Shown: positions 1-6,915, counted from the stretch's first letter. The stretch is DNA of 13,202 nt from a bacterium (GCA_044868695.1 JBIOWP010000036.1:1-13202); one strand, 5' to 3'. Numbers and translations: made by a program. Notes: generated by a model not told the origin, from the sequence alone.

Positions 1-125
1 TGGCCGACCGCATTCTCTTCATGGATGAGGGCGTGATCGTGGAAGAGGGCGCACCGGAGCACTTCTTCACCAATCCGACGCATCCGCGTACGAAGCAGTT
101 CCTGTCTAAGATCCTGCACCAATAA
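1..125 (+). CDS. 3' end of polar amino-acid ABC transporter ATP-binding protein (GlnQ/ArtP family), partial
   Basis: Frame from position 3 reads ADRILFMDEGVIVEEGAPEHFFTNPTHPRTKQFLSKILHQ*, with TAA at 123-125. This is the typical C-terminus of GlnQ-family ATPases. It is missing from the ORF track because the 5' end is truncated. Confidence 0.9.
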   Translation, partial: ADRILFMDEGVIVEEGAPEHFFTNPTHPRTKQFLSKILHQ

Positions 126-130
126 ACCGC

Positions 131-141
131 TGTGGTATAAT
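131..141 (+). promoter_or_regulatory. Sigma70/SigA extended -10 promoter (TGTGnTATAAT)
   Basis: TGTGGTATAAT, with a perfect TATAAT at 136-141, lies in a short intergenic gap 40 nt before the TTG start. No good -35 is present. A purine-rich RBS-like GGAAAGGGTGG is at 162-172. Confidence 0.7.
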
Positions 142-181
142 GAGCGTTGTGCTTGCGTAGTGGAAAGGGTGGACGTCCTCG

Positions 182-1462
182 TTGGACCCTTCGAGTAGCC
201 CGGCTGGGTGGATTATTCTGGCTGTATTGCTCCTGCTGTCCGCGCTCTTTTCGGGCGCGGAAACCGCCCTGCTGGCTGCCAACAAGCTGCGGCTGCGCCA
301 GCGTCGCGAGCAGGGAGACCCGCGCGCCGAGCGGCTGGCGCGGCTGTTAGAAGAGCCGGGCCCCGTGCTCACGGCGCTGCTGGTGGGTAACAACATTGTC
401 AATGTGACCGCCGCGGTCCTGGCGGGCGCGCTGTTCGTGCGGTGGGTGGGGCCGGCGCGCGGGCCGTGGCTGGCCGTGGTCGCGATGACCGTGCTGCTGC
501 TCATCCTGGGCGAGATCACCCCCAAGACGTTCGCGGCGAAGTACGCCGACCGGCTCGCGCTGTGGGTCGGACGGCCGGTGGCCTGGCTCACCGTGGCGCT
601 GTTCCCGGTCATCCGCGCGCTGTCGGTGTTCAGCAACCTGCTGGTGCGGCCGCTGGGCGGCCGGGTCAACCTCGCCTCGCCGCTGGTCACCGAAGAGGAG
701 ATCCGGCTGCTCGTCAAGATGGGTGAGGAAGAGGGGGTCATCGAGGAAGACGAGCGGCAGATGATCCATTCGATCTTCGAGTTCGGGGATACCGTGGCGC
801 GTGAGGTCATGGTGCCGCGGATTGACATGGTGTGCGTGGAAGACACCACGACCGTCGATGGGGTCCTGCGGGTGGTCCTCGAGGAAGGGCATTCGCGGAT
901 TCCGGTGTATCACGAGACGATCGATCAGATCGTGGGCGTGGTGCACGTCAAGGACCTGTTGAGCCACATCAAGGCTGGGCACCACACGCTCGTGGTGAAA
1001 GAAGTCATGCGGCCCGCCTACTTCATTCCGGAGAGCAAGCGGCTGGACGACCTCTTCCGCGAGATGCGGCGCAAGCGGACGCAGATGGCCATCGTCGTGG
1101 ACGAGTACGGCGGCACCGCCGGGCTGGTCACGCTCGAGGATCTGCTCGAGGAAATCGTGGGCCCGATTCTCGACGAATACGACGTCGACGAGAAACTCTT
1201 CGAGACCGCCAACGGCCAGACCGCCGTCGTGGACGGACGGTTGAGCATCGAGGAAGTCAACGAGCTCATGAGCCTGGACCTGCCGACCGACGAGGTGGAT
1301 ACGATCGGCGGCTTCGTCTACACGCTGCTGGGGCACGTGCCCCAGCAGGGGGAATCCGTCACGGCCGGCGACGTGGAGATCGTCGTGGAGAAGCTCGAAG
1401 GACACCGTGTTTCCCGGGTGCGCATCAACCGGCGCGTGCCCGCCCAGCCCCTCCGTCCCTAG
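182..1462 (+). CDS. Hemolysin-family / CNNM-CorC transporter (DUF21 membrane domain + CBS pair + CorC_HlyC), probable Mg2+/Co2+ efflux protein
   Basis: 426 aa, TTG start. Motifs: FSGAETAL, LVGNNIVN and GEITPK (DUF21); HSRIPVY and VDEYGGTAGLVTLEDLLEEIVG (CBS pair); DTIGGF...LGHVP (CorC_HlyC). Confidence 0.93.
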   Translation: MDPSSSPAGWIILAVLLLLSALFSGAETALLAANKLRLRQRREQGDPRAERLARLLEEPGPVLTALLVGNNIVNVTAAVLAGALFVRWVGPARGPWLAVVAMTVLLLILGEITPKTFAAKYADRLALWVGRPVAWLTVALFPVIRALSVFSNLLVRPLGGRVNLASPLVTEEEIRLLVKMGEEEGVIEEDERQMIHSIFEFGDTVAREVMVPRIDMVCVEDTTTVDGVLRVVLEEGHSRIPVYHETIDQIVGVVHVKDLLSHIKAGHHTLVVKEVMRPAYFIPESKRLDDLFREMRRKRTQMAIVVDEYGGTAGLVTLEDLLEEIVGPILDEYDVDEKLFETANGQTAVVDGRLSIEEVNELMSLDLPTDEVDTIGGFVYTLLGHVPQQGESVTAGDVEIVVEKLEGHRVSRVRINRRVPAQPLRP

Positions 1463-2104
1463 ATGAGGGCCCGGCTGCGCAGATACTTTTTGGCCGGGCT
1501 GATCGTCTTTCTGCCGTTCGCGGTCACCCTCAACGTCGTGCTGTGGATCATCCGCCTGCTTGACGGGTTTCTGGGGCGGCTGTTCGTTCCACTGCTGGGA
1601 GAACCCCCGCCGCTGATCGGCCTCGCCGTCCTGATCGTCCTCATCCTGGTGGTCGGGATGACGGCATCAAACGTCCTGGGACGCCGGCTCGTCGGGTGGT
1701 TTGACCGGTTGATGCTGCGGCTCCCGCTGGCCCGCACGATCTACTCGGCGACCAAACAGCTCAGCGACAGCCTCTTCCTTCAACGCCGCGCGGCGTTCCA
1801 GCGTCCCGTGTTGATCGAGTGGCCGCGGCGGGGCCTCTACACCGTGGGGTTCGTCACCGGCGAGAGCACCGGGGAGCCTCAGGCGAAGACGCCGGAGCGG
1901 GTGTTCAACGTGTTTGTGGTCTCCACCCCGAATCCCACGACCGGGTTCCTGGTCCTCGTCCCGGAGGATCAGCTGATGCCGCTGGAGATGACTGTGGAAG
2001 ATGCGCTGAAGCTGGTGATGTCCGGCGGGATTGTCTCCACCGGTGTCAGGGCGCCGCTGCCGGTGAGCGCCCGTTCCGATCCCAGCCGGGAGACGATCTC
2101 ATGA
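1463..2104 (+). CDS. DUF502 domain membrane protein
   Basis: 213 aa. Starts RRYFLAGL...P...T, has two hydrophobic segments, and carries RLPLARTIYSATKQL, PVLIEWPR and STPNPTTGFL motifs. The ATG directly abuts the upstream TAG. Confidence 0.9.
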   Translation: MRARLRRYFLAGLIVFLPFAVTLNVVLWIIRLLDGFLGRLFVPLLGEPPPLIGLAVLIVLILVVGMTASNVLGRRLVGWFDRLMLRLPLARTIYSATKQLSDSLFLQRRAAFQRPVLIEWPRRGLYTVGFVTGESTGEPQAKTPERVFNVFVVSTPNPTTGFLVLVPEDQLMPLEMTVEDALKLVMSGGIVSTGVRAPLPVSARSDPSRETIS

Positions 2105-2565
2105 CGCGGACGACCGCATCCCTCGTGGCCGCGGCCGCTCGGGCACGGCTGGCGGCCTACGCCCCGTACTCACGCTTCCGGGTAGGGGCGGCGGTGCGTA
2201 CGGCGGACGGCACCGTCTACACCGGAGCCAATATCGAGAACGCCTCATACCCGTTGTCACACTGCGCAGAGCGGGTGGCCATGCACAAAGCCGTCTCGGA
2301 GGGACACCGGCGGCTGGACACCGTCGTGGTTGTTGCCGACGGCGCGGCGCCGGCGATGCCGTGCGGCGCCTGCCGCCAGGTGATGGCTGAGTTCGGCGTC
2401 ACGCGCGTCATCGTCGCCACACCCGCTGGGCGCACGCGCGTGCGTACCTTGCGACAGCTGCTGCGCGAGCCCTTTCTTCCCGAACGACTGCTCGGCACAC
2501 GCGGGAACGCGGAAACGCGGGAACGCGGGAACGAACGTCGGCGCAGTCTCCGCCGGCGCGTGTGA
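2101..2565 (+). CDS. cdd: Cytidine deaminase (homotetrameric, Cys-Zn type)
   Basis: Start reassigned to ATG 2101 (ATGA overlap with the DUF502 stop). Motifs AYAPYSRFRVGAA, GANIENASY, CAER and PCGACRQ. The C-terminal ~22 aa derive from a repeat array and its spacer. Confidence 0.93.
   Translation: MTRTTASLVAAAARARLAAYAPYSRFRVGAAVRTADGTVYTGANIENASYPLSHCAERVAMHKAVSEGHRRLDTVVVVADGAAPAMPCGACRQVMAEFGVTRVIVATPAGRTRVRTLRQLLREPFLPERLLGTRGNAETRERGNERRRSLRRRV
2501..2532 (+). repeat. Tandem array of four 8-bp units (GCGGGAAC); left arm of an inverted pair
   Basis: GCGGGAAC GCGGAAAC GCGGGAAC GCGGGAAC, read directly from the sequence. Confidence 0.9.
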
Positions 2566-3500
2566 CCGAAGCACAGGATCGCGTTCCCTCGTTCCCTCGT
2601 TCCCCCGTTCCCGGTTACAAGTCCGGCTTCGTCGTTCTCGCCGGGCGGCCCAACGTCGGTAAGTCCGCGCTGGTCAACCGTCTGATCGGCCGGAAAGTCG
2701 CCATCACGTCCCCGGTCCCGCAGACAACGCGCGGCAGGTTGTCCGCCACCCTGACCCTGCCGTCCGCCCAGATCGTGTTCGTCGACACCCCCGGCCTGCA
2801 CAAGCCGCGCCACCGGCTGGGGGCATGGTTGGTGGACATCGCGTCCCGCGCCCTGGCCGACGCCGATGTCGCGCTGTTCGTACTTGACGCCGCCTCCGGC
2901 GTGACCCCGGACGACGAGCTCGTGGCCGCGAAACTGCGCGGGGCCCGCGCTCCGGTCGTGGTCGCCCTGAACCGGGTCGACCGCGCCGCCCCCGGCGCGA
3001 TTGCTGAGGCGGAGGCGGCCGTGGGGGGGCTGGGGACCTTCGCGGCAGTGGTGCCCGTCTCGGCGGTGACGGGCACGCACGTGGACCGGCTGCTGGACGT
3101 GCTGATCGGGATGCTCCCGGAGGGCCCCCAGTACTTTCCGCCGGAGATGTTCACCGATCAGCCCGAACAGTTCCTGGTCCGTGAGCTGATCCGTGAGCAG
3201 GCCATCGCGCTGACCCGGGAGGAGGTCCCTCACAGCATCGCGGTTGAGATTGAGGAGTTCACCCCCCGTGAAGGCAAGGATCTCCTCTACATCCGCGCCG
3301 TGCTCCATGTGGAGCGGGATTCCCACAAGAAGATGCTGATCGGCCGGGAGGGACGGATGCTCAAGGCAATCGGGGAACGCGCGCGCCGCGAGATCGAGGG
3401 GGTCGTGGCCTCGCGCGTCTACCTGGACCTGTGGGTGAAAACGACAGAGCGGTGGCGCGACCGGGACGACCTGATCAAAGCCTTCTACCCCGAGTCCTGA
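2562..3500 (+). CDS. era: GTPase Era
   Basis: 312 aa, GTG start overlapping the cdd stop (GTGA). G1 GRPNVGKS, G2 PQTTR, G3 DTPG, G4 NRVD, G5 SA; ELIRE...EEVPHS; KH domain LIGREGRMLKAIG; VYLDLWVK. Confidence 0.97.
   Translation: MTEAQDRVPSFPRSPVPGYKSGFVVLAGRPNVGKSALVNRLIGRKVAITSPVPQTTRGRLSATLTLPSAQIVFVDTPGLHKPRHRLGAWLVDIASRALADADVALFVLDAASGVTPDDELVAAKLRGARAPVVVALNRVDRAAPGAIAEAEAAVGGLGTFAAVVPVSAVTGTHVDRLLDVLIGMLPEGPQYFPPEMFTDQPEQFLVRELIREQAIALTREEVPHSIAVEIEEFTPREGKDLLYIRAVLHVERDSHKKMLIGREGRMLKAIGERARREIEGVVASRVYLDLWVKTTERWRDRDDLIKAFYPES
2583..2614 (-). repeat. Tandem array of four 8-bp units (GTTCCCNN on + strand); right arm of the inverted pair
   Basis: GTTCCCTC GTTCCCTC GTTCCCCC GTTCCCGG is the reverse complement of the NNGGGAAC unit. 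Confidence 0.9.
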
Positions 3501-3547
3501 ACCGAAAAGAGGGTTCTCGCGCTCCAGCAGTAATAATTGGGAAGATT

Positions 3548-4840
3548 GTGCTCTACTTGAGCCGCCTCATCAACGTTCCCATTGCAGACGCCGAGAGCGT
3601 CGCCCTCGGAGCGCTCGGCGACGTCGCGGTGGACCTCCGCGAGCCGCTGCCGAAGCTGACCGGCCTGTGGATGCGGGGTGACCGCAGCCGGCTGGCCATC
3701 ATCCCTTGGGAGTTCGTTGCCACCGTGGACCCGCAGCAGGTCCGCCTGCGCGTCGCCCGCCGCTTCCTTCAGCCCCGGCCGCTGCAGCCGGAGGAGATGC
3801 TGTTGGCCGACATCCTCGACAGCCAGGTCGTGGACACGGACGGTCTGAAGGTCGTGAGGGTCAACGACCTGCAGTTGTTTCAGACCAACAGCGACGTGCG
3901 GCTGGTCGCCGCCGACGTCGGCACCCTGGGGCTGCTGCGGCGGCTGAGCCTGGATGGGGTGGTGCAGCGGGTGGCCCGGCTGGTCGGCCGGCCGCTGCCG
4001 GACCGCGTCATCCCCTGGAAGATGGTGGCGGCCTTCGGGGGACCGCAAACGCCGGTCAAGCTCAGCATCTCGCGCGAGCGGCTCCGTGAAATCCATCCCG
4101 CCGACCTGGCCCAGCTGATGGAAGACCTCACCCGCGACGAGCGGGTCGAGGTCATGACCGCGCTGGACCGCGAGGAGGCCGCCGACACCCTGGCCGAGGC
4201 CGAACCTGAAGTCCAGACCGACGTCATGAAGAGTCTGCCGAGCGACCTGGCCGCCGACATCCTGGAGGAAATGTCTCCCGACGACGCCACGGACGTCCTG
4301 ACGGACCTGCCTCCCGACCGCGCCCGCCAGCTCATCAACCTGATGTCCGCGGAGGAGGCGCACGACGTTCGGGAGCTGCTCAAGTATCCTGAGGGCACCG
4401 CCGGCAGTGTGATGACCACCAGGTTCATCGGATTGCCGATCGGACTGACGGCGGAGCAGACGCTACAGCGCCTGCGGCAGCGTGCCCCGGAGGCTGAGCA
4501 CATCTACTACCTCTACGTGGTGGACGCCGACCGCCGGGTGGTCGGGGTCCTTCCACTACGGGCCTTGATCGTCGCGCCGCCGGCGCAACCCATCGTCGAG
4601 TTGATGACCCGTGATGTCATCGTGCTGTCGGCGGGGGACGATCTTGAAACCATCGCCGCCGCCCTGACGAAATACGACCTGCTGGCCCTGCCGGTGCAGG
4701 ACGCCACCGGGCGGCTGGTGGGGGTCGTGACCGTCGACGACGTCATGGAGGTCGTGCTACGGAAGGGACGGCGGCGCGTGCCGCCGCGGTTCCGGCGGCG
4801 GGCGAAGCCGCGCGGCCAGCGCCGGACGACCGCCTCGTGA
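3548..4840 (+). CDS. Soluble MgtE-like protein: N-terminal PRC-barrel-like region + MgtE intracellular N domain + CBS pair, lacking the MgtE transmembrane domain
   Basis: Start reassigned to GTG 3548 (MLYLSRL..., ~430 aa), because the track start 3431 overlaps era. PRC-like DILDSQVVDTDGLKVVRVND; MgtE_N IHPADLAQLMEDL...AADILEEMSPDDATDVL; YPEGTAGSVMTT, IYYLYVVD and KYDLLALPV...GRLVGVVTVDDVMEV (MgtE CBS pair). It then ends in a basic tail with no hydrophobic segments. Confidence 0.85.
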   Translation: MLYLSRLINVPIADAESVALGALGDVAVDLREPLPKLTGLWMRGDRSRLAIIPWEFVATVDPQQVRLRVARRFLQPRPLQPEEMLLADILDSQVVDTDGLKVVRVNDLQLFQTNSDVRLVAADVGTLGLLRRLSLDGVVQRVARLVGRPLPDRVIPWKMVAAFGGPQTPVKLSISRERLREIHPADLAQLMEDLTRDERVEVMTALDREEAADTLAEAEPEVQTDVMKSLPSDLAADILEEMSPDDATDVLTDLPPDRARQLINLMSAEEAHDVRELLKYPEGTAGSVMTTRFIGLPIGLTAEQTLQRLRQRAPEAEHIYYLYVVDADRRVVGVLPLRALIVAPPAQPIVELMTRDVIVLSAGDDLETIAAALTKYDLLALPVQDATGRLVGVVTVDDVMEVVLRKGRRRVPPRFRRRAKPRGQRRTTAS

Positions 4841-4850
4841 CGGGGAGCCG

Positions 4851-6095
4851 ATGCGGAACTGGCTGAGGCACCGGTGGGCCCGCTTGGCGGTGTTCCTCTC
4901 GGTCATGGGTCCCGGGATTATCACCGGCAACGTCGACAACGACGCCAACGGGATCGCCACCTACTCGGTCGCCGGGGCTCACTACGGCTACACCCTACTG
5001 TGGACGCTGGTGGTCTCGACGGTCGCGCTGGCCCTCGTGCAGGAAATGGTGGCGCGCATGGGAGCGGTGACCGGCAAGGGACTGGCCGATCTCATCCGAG
5101 AACGGTTCCGCGCCCGGCTCACGATGTTCGTGATGATCATGCTGGTCGCCGCCAACTGGGCCAACACCGTGGGCGACTTCGCCGGGGTCGCCGGCGCCAT
5201 GGAGATCTTCGGGGTCAGCCGCTACATCGCCGTGCCGCTCGCCGCGCTCCTCGTGTGGGTGCTGGTCGTGCGCGGGAACTACCGGGTGGTCGAGCGGGTC
5301 TTTCTCGGGGCGACGTTGATCTACGTGACCTACATCGTCTCCGCGGTGCTGTCACGTCCCCCGTGGCCAGACGTGCTGAGGGCGGCGGTCACGCCGACGT
5401 TCCGGTTCGACCGGCCGTACCTCGCCCTGCTGATCGGGCTGATCGGCACCACCGTCGCGCCGTGGATGCAGTTCTACCAGCAGGCGGCGGTGGTGGATAA
5501 GGGGATTGACGTGAGGAGCTACCGGTACGCGCGGCTGGATACGTTCCTGGGCGTCATCTCCCTGAACGCGGTGGCGTTCTTTATCATTGTCGCCTGCGGG
5601 GCGACGCTGTTCGTCCATAAGGTGCAGATCGCGAGTGCCGCCGATGCGGCGGTCGCGCTGGCTCCCCTGGCCGGCCGGTACGCCGCGGGGCTGTTCGCCG
5701 TCGGACTGCTGAACGCGGGACTCTTTTCGGTGGCCATCATCCCGCTGTCGACGGCCTACGCGGTCTGCGAAGCCTTCGGGTGGGAGCGGGGACTGGACCG
5801 GACGGTGCAGGAGGCGCCGGTGTTTGTGGGACTGTATACGGCGATGATCGTCGCGTCCGCCCTAGTCATCCTCCTGCCCGGCGTGCCGCTCATCCCGGTG
5901 ATGCTGCTCTCGCAAATTCTCAACGGGGTGCTGCTGCCGTTCGTGCTGCTCTTTCTCATCCTCCTGACCAGCGACCGCGCGATCATGGGCGCCTTCCGGA
6001 ACTCTCCGCTGTTTGCCGGACTGGCCTGGGTTTTTGTGGCCGCGATGATCGTCCTCAGCCTGCTACTGCTTGCCGTCGGCGTGGGGCTGGTCTGA
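4851..6095 (+). CDS. Nramp/SLC11-family divalent cation transporter, Nramp-related Mg2+ transporter (NRMT)-like
   Basis: 414 aa, polytopic and hydrophobic. Motifs MGPGIITGNVDNDANGIATYSVAGAHYGY, QEMVARMGAVTGKGLADLIRERF, GTTVAPWMQFYQQ and SQILNGVLLP. RBS GGGGAG at 4842-4847. Confidence 0.88.
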   Translation: MRNWLRHRWARLAVFLSVMGPGIITGNVDNDANGIATYSVAGAHYGYTLLWTLVVSTVALALVQEMVARMGAVTGKGLADLIRERFRARLTMFVMIMLVAANWANTVGDFAGVAGAMEIFGVSRYIAVPLAALLVWVLVVRGNYRVVERVFLGATLIYVTYIVSAVLSRPPWPDVLRAAVTPTFRFDRPYLALLIGLIGTTVAPWMQFYQQAAVVDKGIDVRSYRYARLDTFLGVISLNAVAFFIIVACGATLFVHKVQIASAADAAVALAPLAGRYAAGLFAVGLLNAGLFSVAIIPLSTAYAVCEAFGWERGLDRTVQEAPVFVGLYTAMIVASALVILLPGVPLIPVMLLSQILNGVLLPFVLLFLILLTSDRAIMGAFRNSPLFAGLAWVFVAAMIVLSLLLLAVGVGLV

Positions 6096-6868
6096 TGCCG
6101 GTCTACAAGACGGAGGCCATCGTTATCCGCCGCGTCAACCTCGGCGAGGCCGACCGCCTGGTGACGCTGTTCTGCCGCGATCACGGCAAGGTCTCCGCCG
6201 CCGCCAAGGGAGCCCGCAAGCCGAAGAGCCGGTTTGCCGGCCGGCTGGAGTTGTTTTCCCACGTGCGCATGCTGCTGGCCGTCGGACGCACGCTGGACGT
6301 CGTCTCACAGGTAGAGGTGGTGGATGCGTTCGCCGGGCTCCGGACAGACCTGGACCGGCTGGGCCACGCCTCCTTCGCGGCGGAGCTCGTCGATCGCGCG
6401 ACGGCCGACCGGGAAAGCGCGCCGGAAATCTTCAAGAGCCTGCGCACCGCTCTGGAGCTCATGCAGACGCTCGACCCGGAAAGCGTCGCGCTCTGGTTCA
6501 CCGGGCAGGTGCTGGTTCACAGCGGTTACGGTCCGGTGACGGACCACTGCCAGGTGTGCGGCGCCCCAGTGCGCGAGGGCGCGGTTTTCAGCGATGCGCT
6601 TGGGGGCGCGCTGTGCGCGACCGACCGCCACCGGGATCCTGGGGCGGCGGTGGTCTCCACGGTGACGCTACGCGCCGTCGGCGAGCTCCTCCTCGCGCCG
6701 CCGGCCGCCCTGGGCCGGGCGGTCCAGGGGGCCCGAGCGCGATCCGACGTCGGGACGCTGCTGCGCCGCTACGCCGAGTACCGGCTGGAGACCACGCTGA
6801 AGAGTCCGCGGGTGATCCAGACGCTCTCACGCACGGGAACGCGGGAACGGGGGAACAGGGGAACGTGA
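6095..6868 (+). CDS. recO: DNA repair protein RecO
   Basis: Start reassigned to ATG 6095 (TGATG overlap with the upstream stop). MPVYKTEAIVIRRVNLGEADRLVTLF...GKVSAAAKGARKPKSRFAGRLELF; Zn-finger-like CQVC...GGALC. Confidence 0.96.
   Translation: MPVYKTEAIVIRRVNLGEADRLVTLFCRDHGKVSAAAKGARKPKSRFAGRLELFSHVRMLLAVGRTLDVVSQVEVVDAFAGLRTDLDRLGHASFAAELVDRATADRESAPEIFKSLRTALELMQTLDPESVALWFTGQVLVHSGYGPVTDHCQVCGAPVREGAVFSDALGGALCATDRHRDPGAAVVSTVTLRAVGELLLAPPAALGRAVQGARARSDVGTLLRRYAEYRLETTLKSPRVIQTLSRTGTRERGNRGT
6833..6864 (+). repeat. Tandem array of four 8-bp units (NNGGGAAC) within the recO 3' end
   Basis: ACGGGAAC GCGGGAAC GGGGGAAC AGGGGAAC is the same family as 2501-2532. Confidence 0.88.
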
Positions 6869-6881
6869 ATCGAATAGGACG

Positions 6882-6892
6882 TGTGTTATAGT
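6882..6892 (+). promoter_or_regulatory. Extended -10 promoter (TGTGnTATAGT)
   Basis: TGTGTTATAGT is intergenic and has the same architecture as the element at 131-141. A strong RBS, GGAGGTGA, follows at 6902-6909. Confidence 0.6.
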
Positions 6893-6915
6893 GGAGATAG
6901 TGGAGGTGAACGTCA

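Noticed and set aside
182..1462. Hemolysin or virulence toxin interpretation
   Set aside because: 'Hemolysin family' is a legacy label for DUF21-CBS-CorC proteins. The domain content indicates a metal transporter.
1819..2100. N-terminal extensions given by the ORF track for cdd (1819), the MgtE-like gene (3431), recO (5780) and glyS (8074)
   Set aside because: They overlap upstream genes extensively. Family homology begins at internal starts (2101, 3548, 6095, 8170), most of which show stop/start coupling.
2501..2614. CRISPR array or IS terminal inverted repeats
   Set aside because: The units are 8 bp with no spacers, and there is no cas gene, transposase or target-site duplication.
3499..3547. 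Mg2+ riboswitch, terminator or promoter between era and the MgtE-like gene (small GAACC/GGTTC hairpin, AT-rich TAATAAT)
   Set aside because: The 47-nt gap is too short for an M-box, the hairpin has 5 bp and no U-tract, and the -10-like sequence lacks a proper TAnnnT register and a -35. A weak internal promoter cannot be excluded.
4740..4860. mgtE pseudogene or frameshift removing the membrane domain
   Set aside because: The downstream sequence is an intact Nramp-family gene with its own RBS, not MgtE TM remnants. The extra PRC-like N-terminus indicates a distinct soluble architecture.
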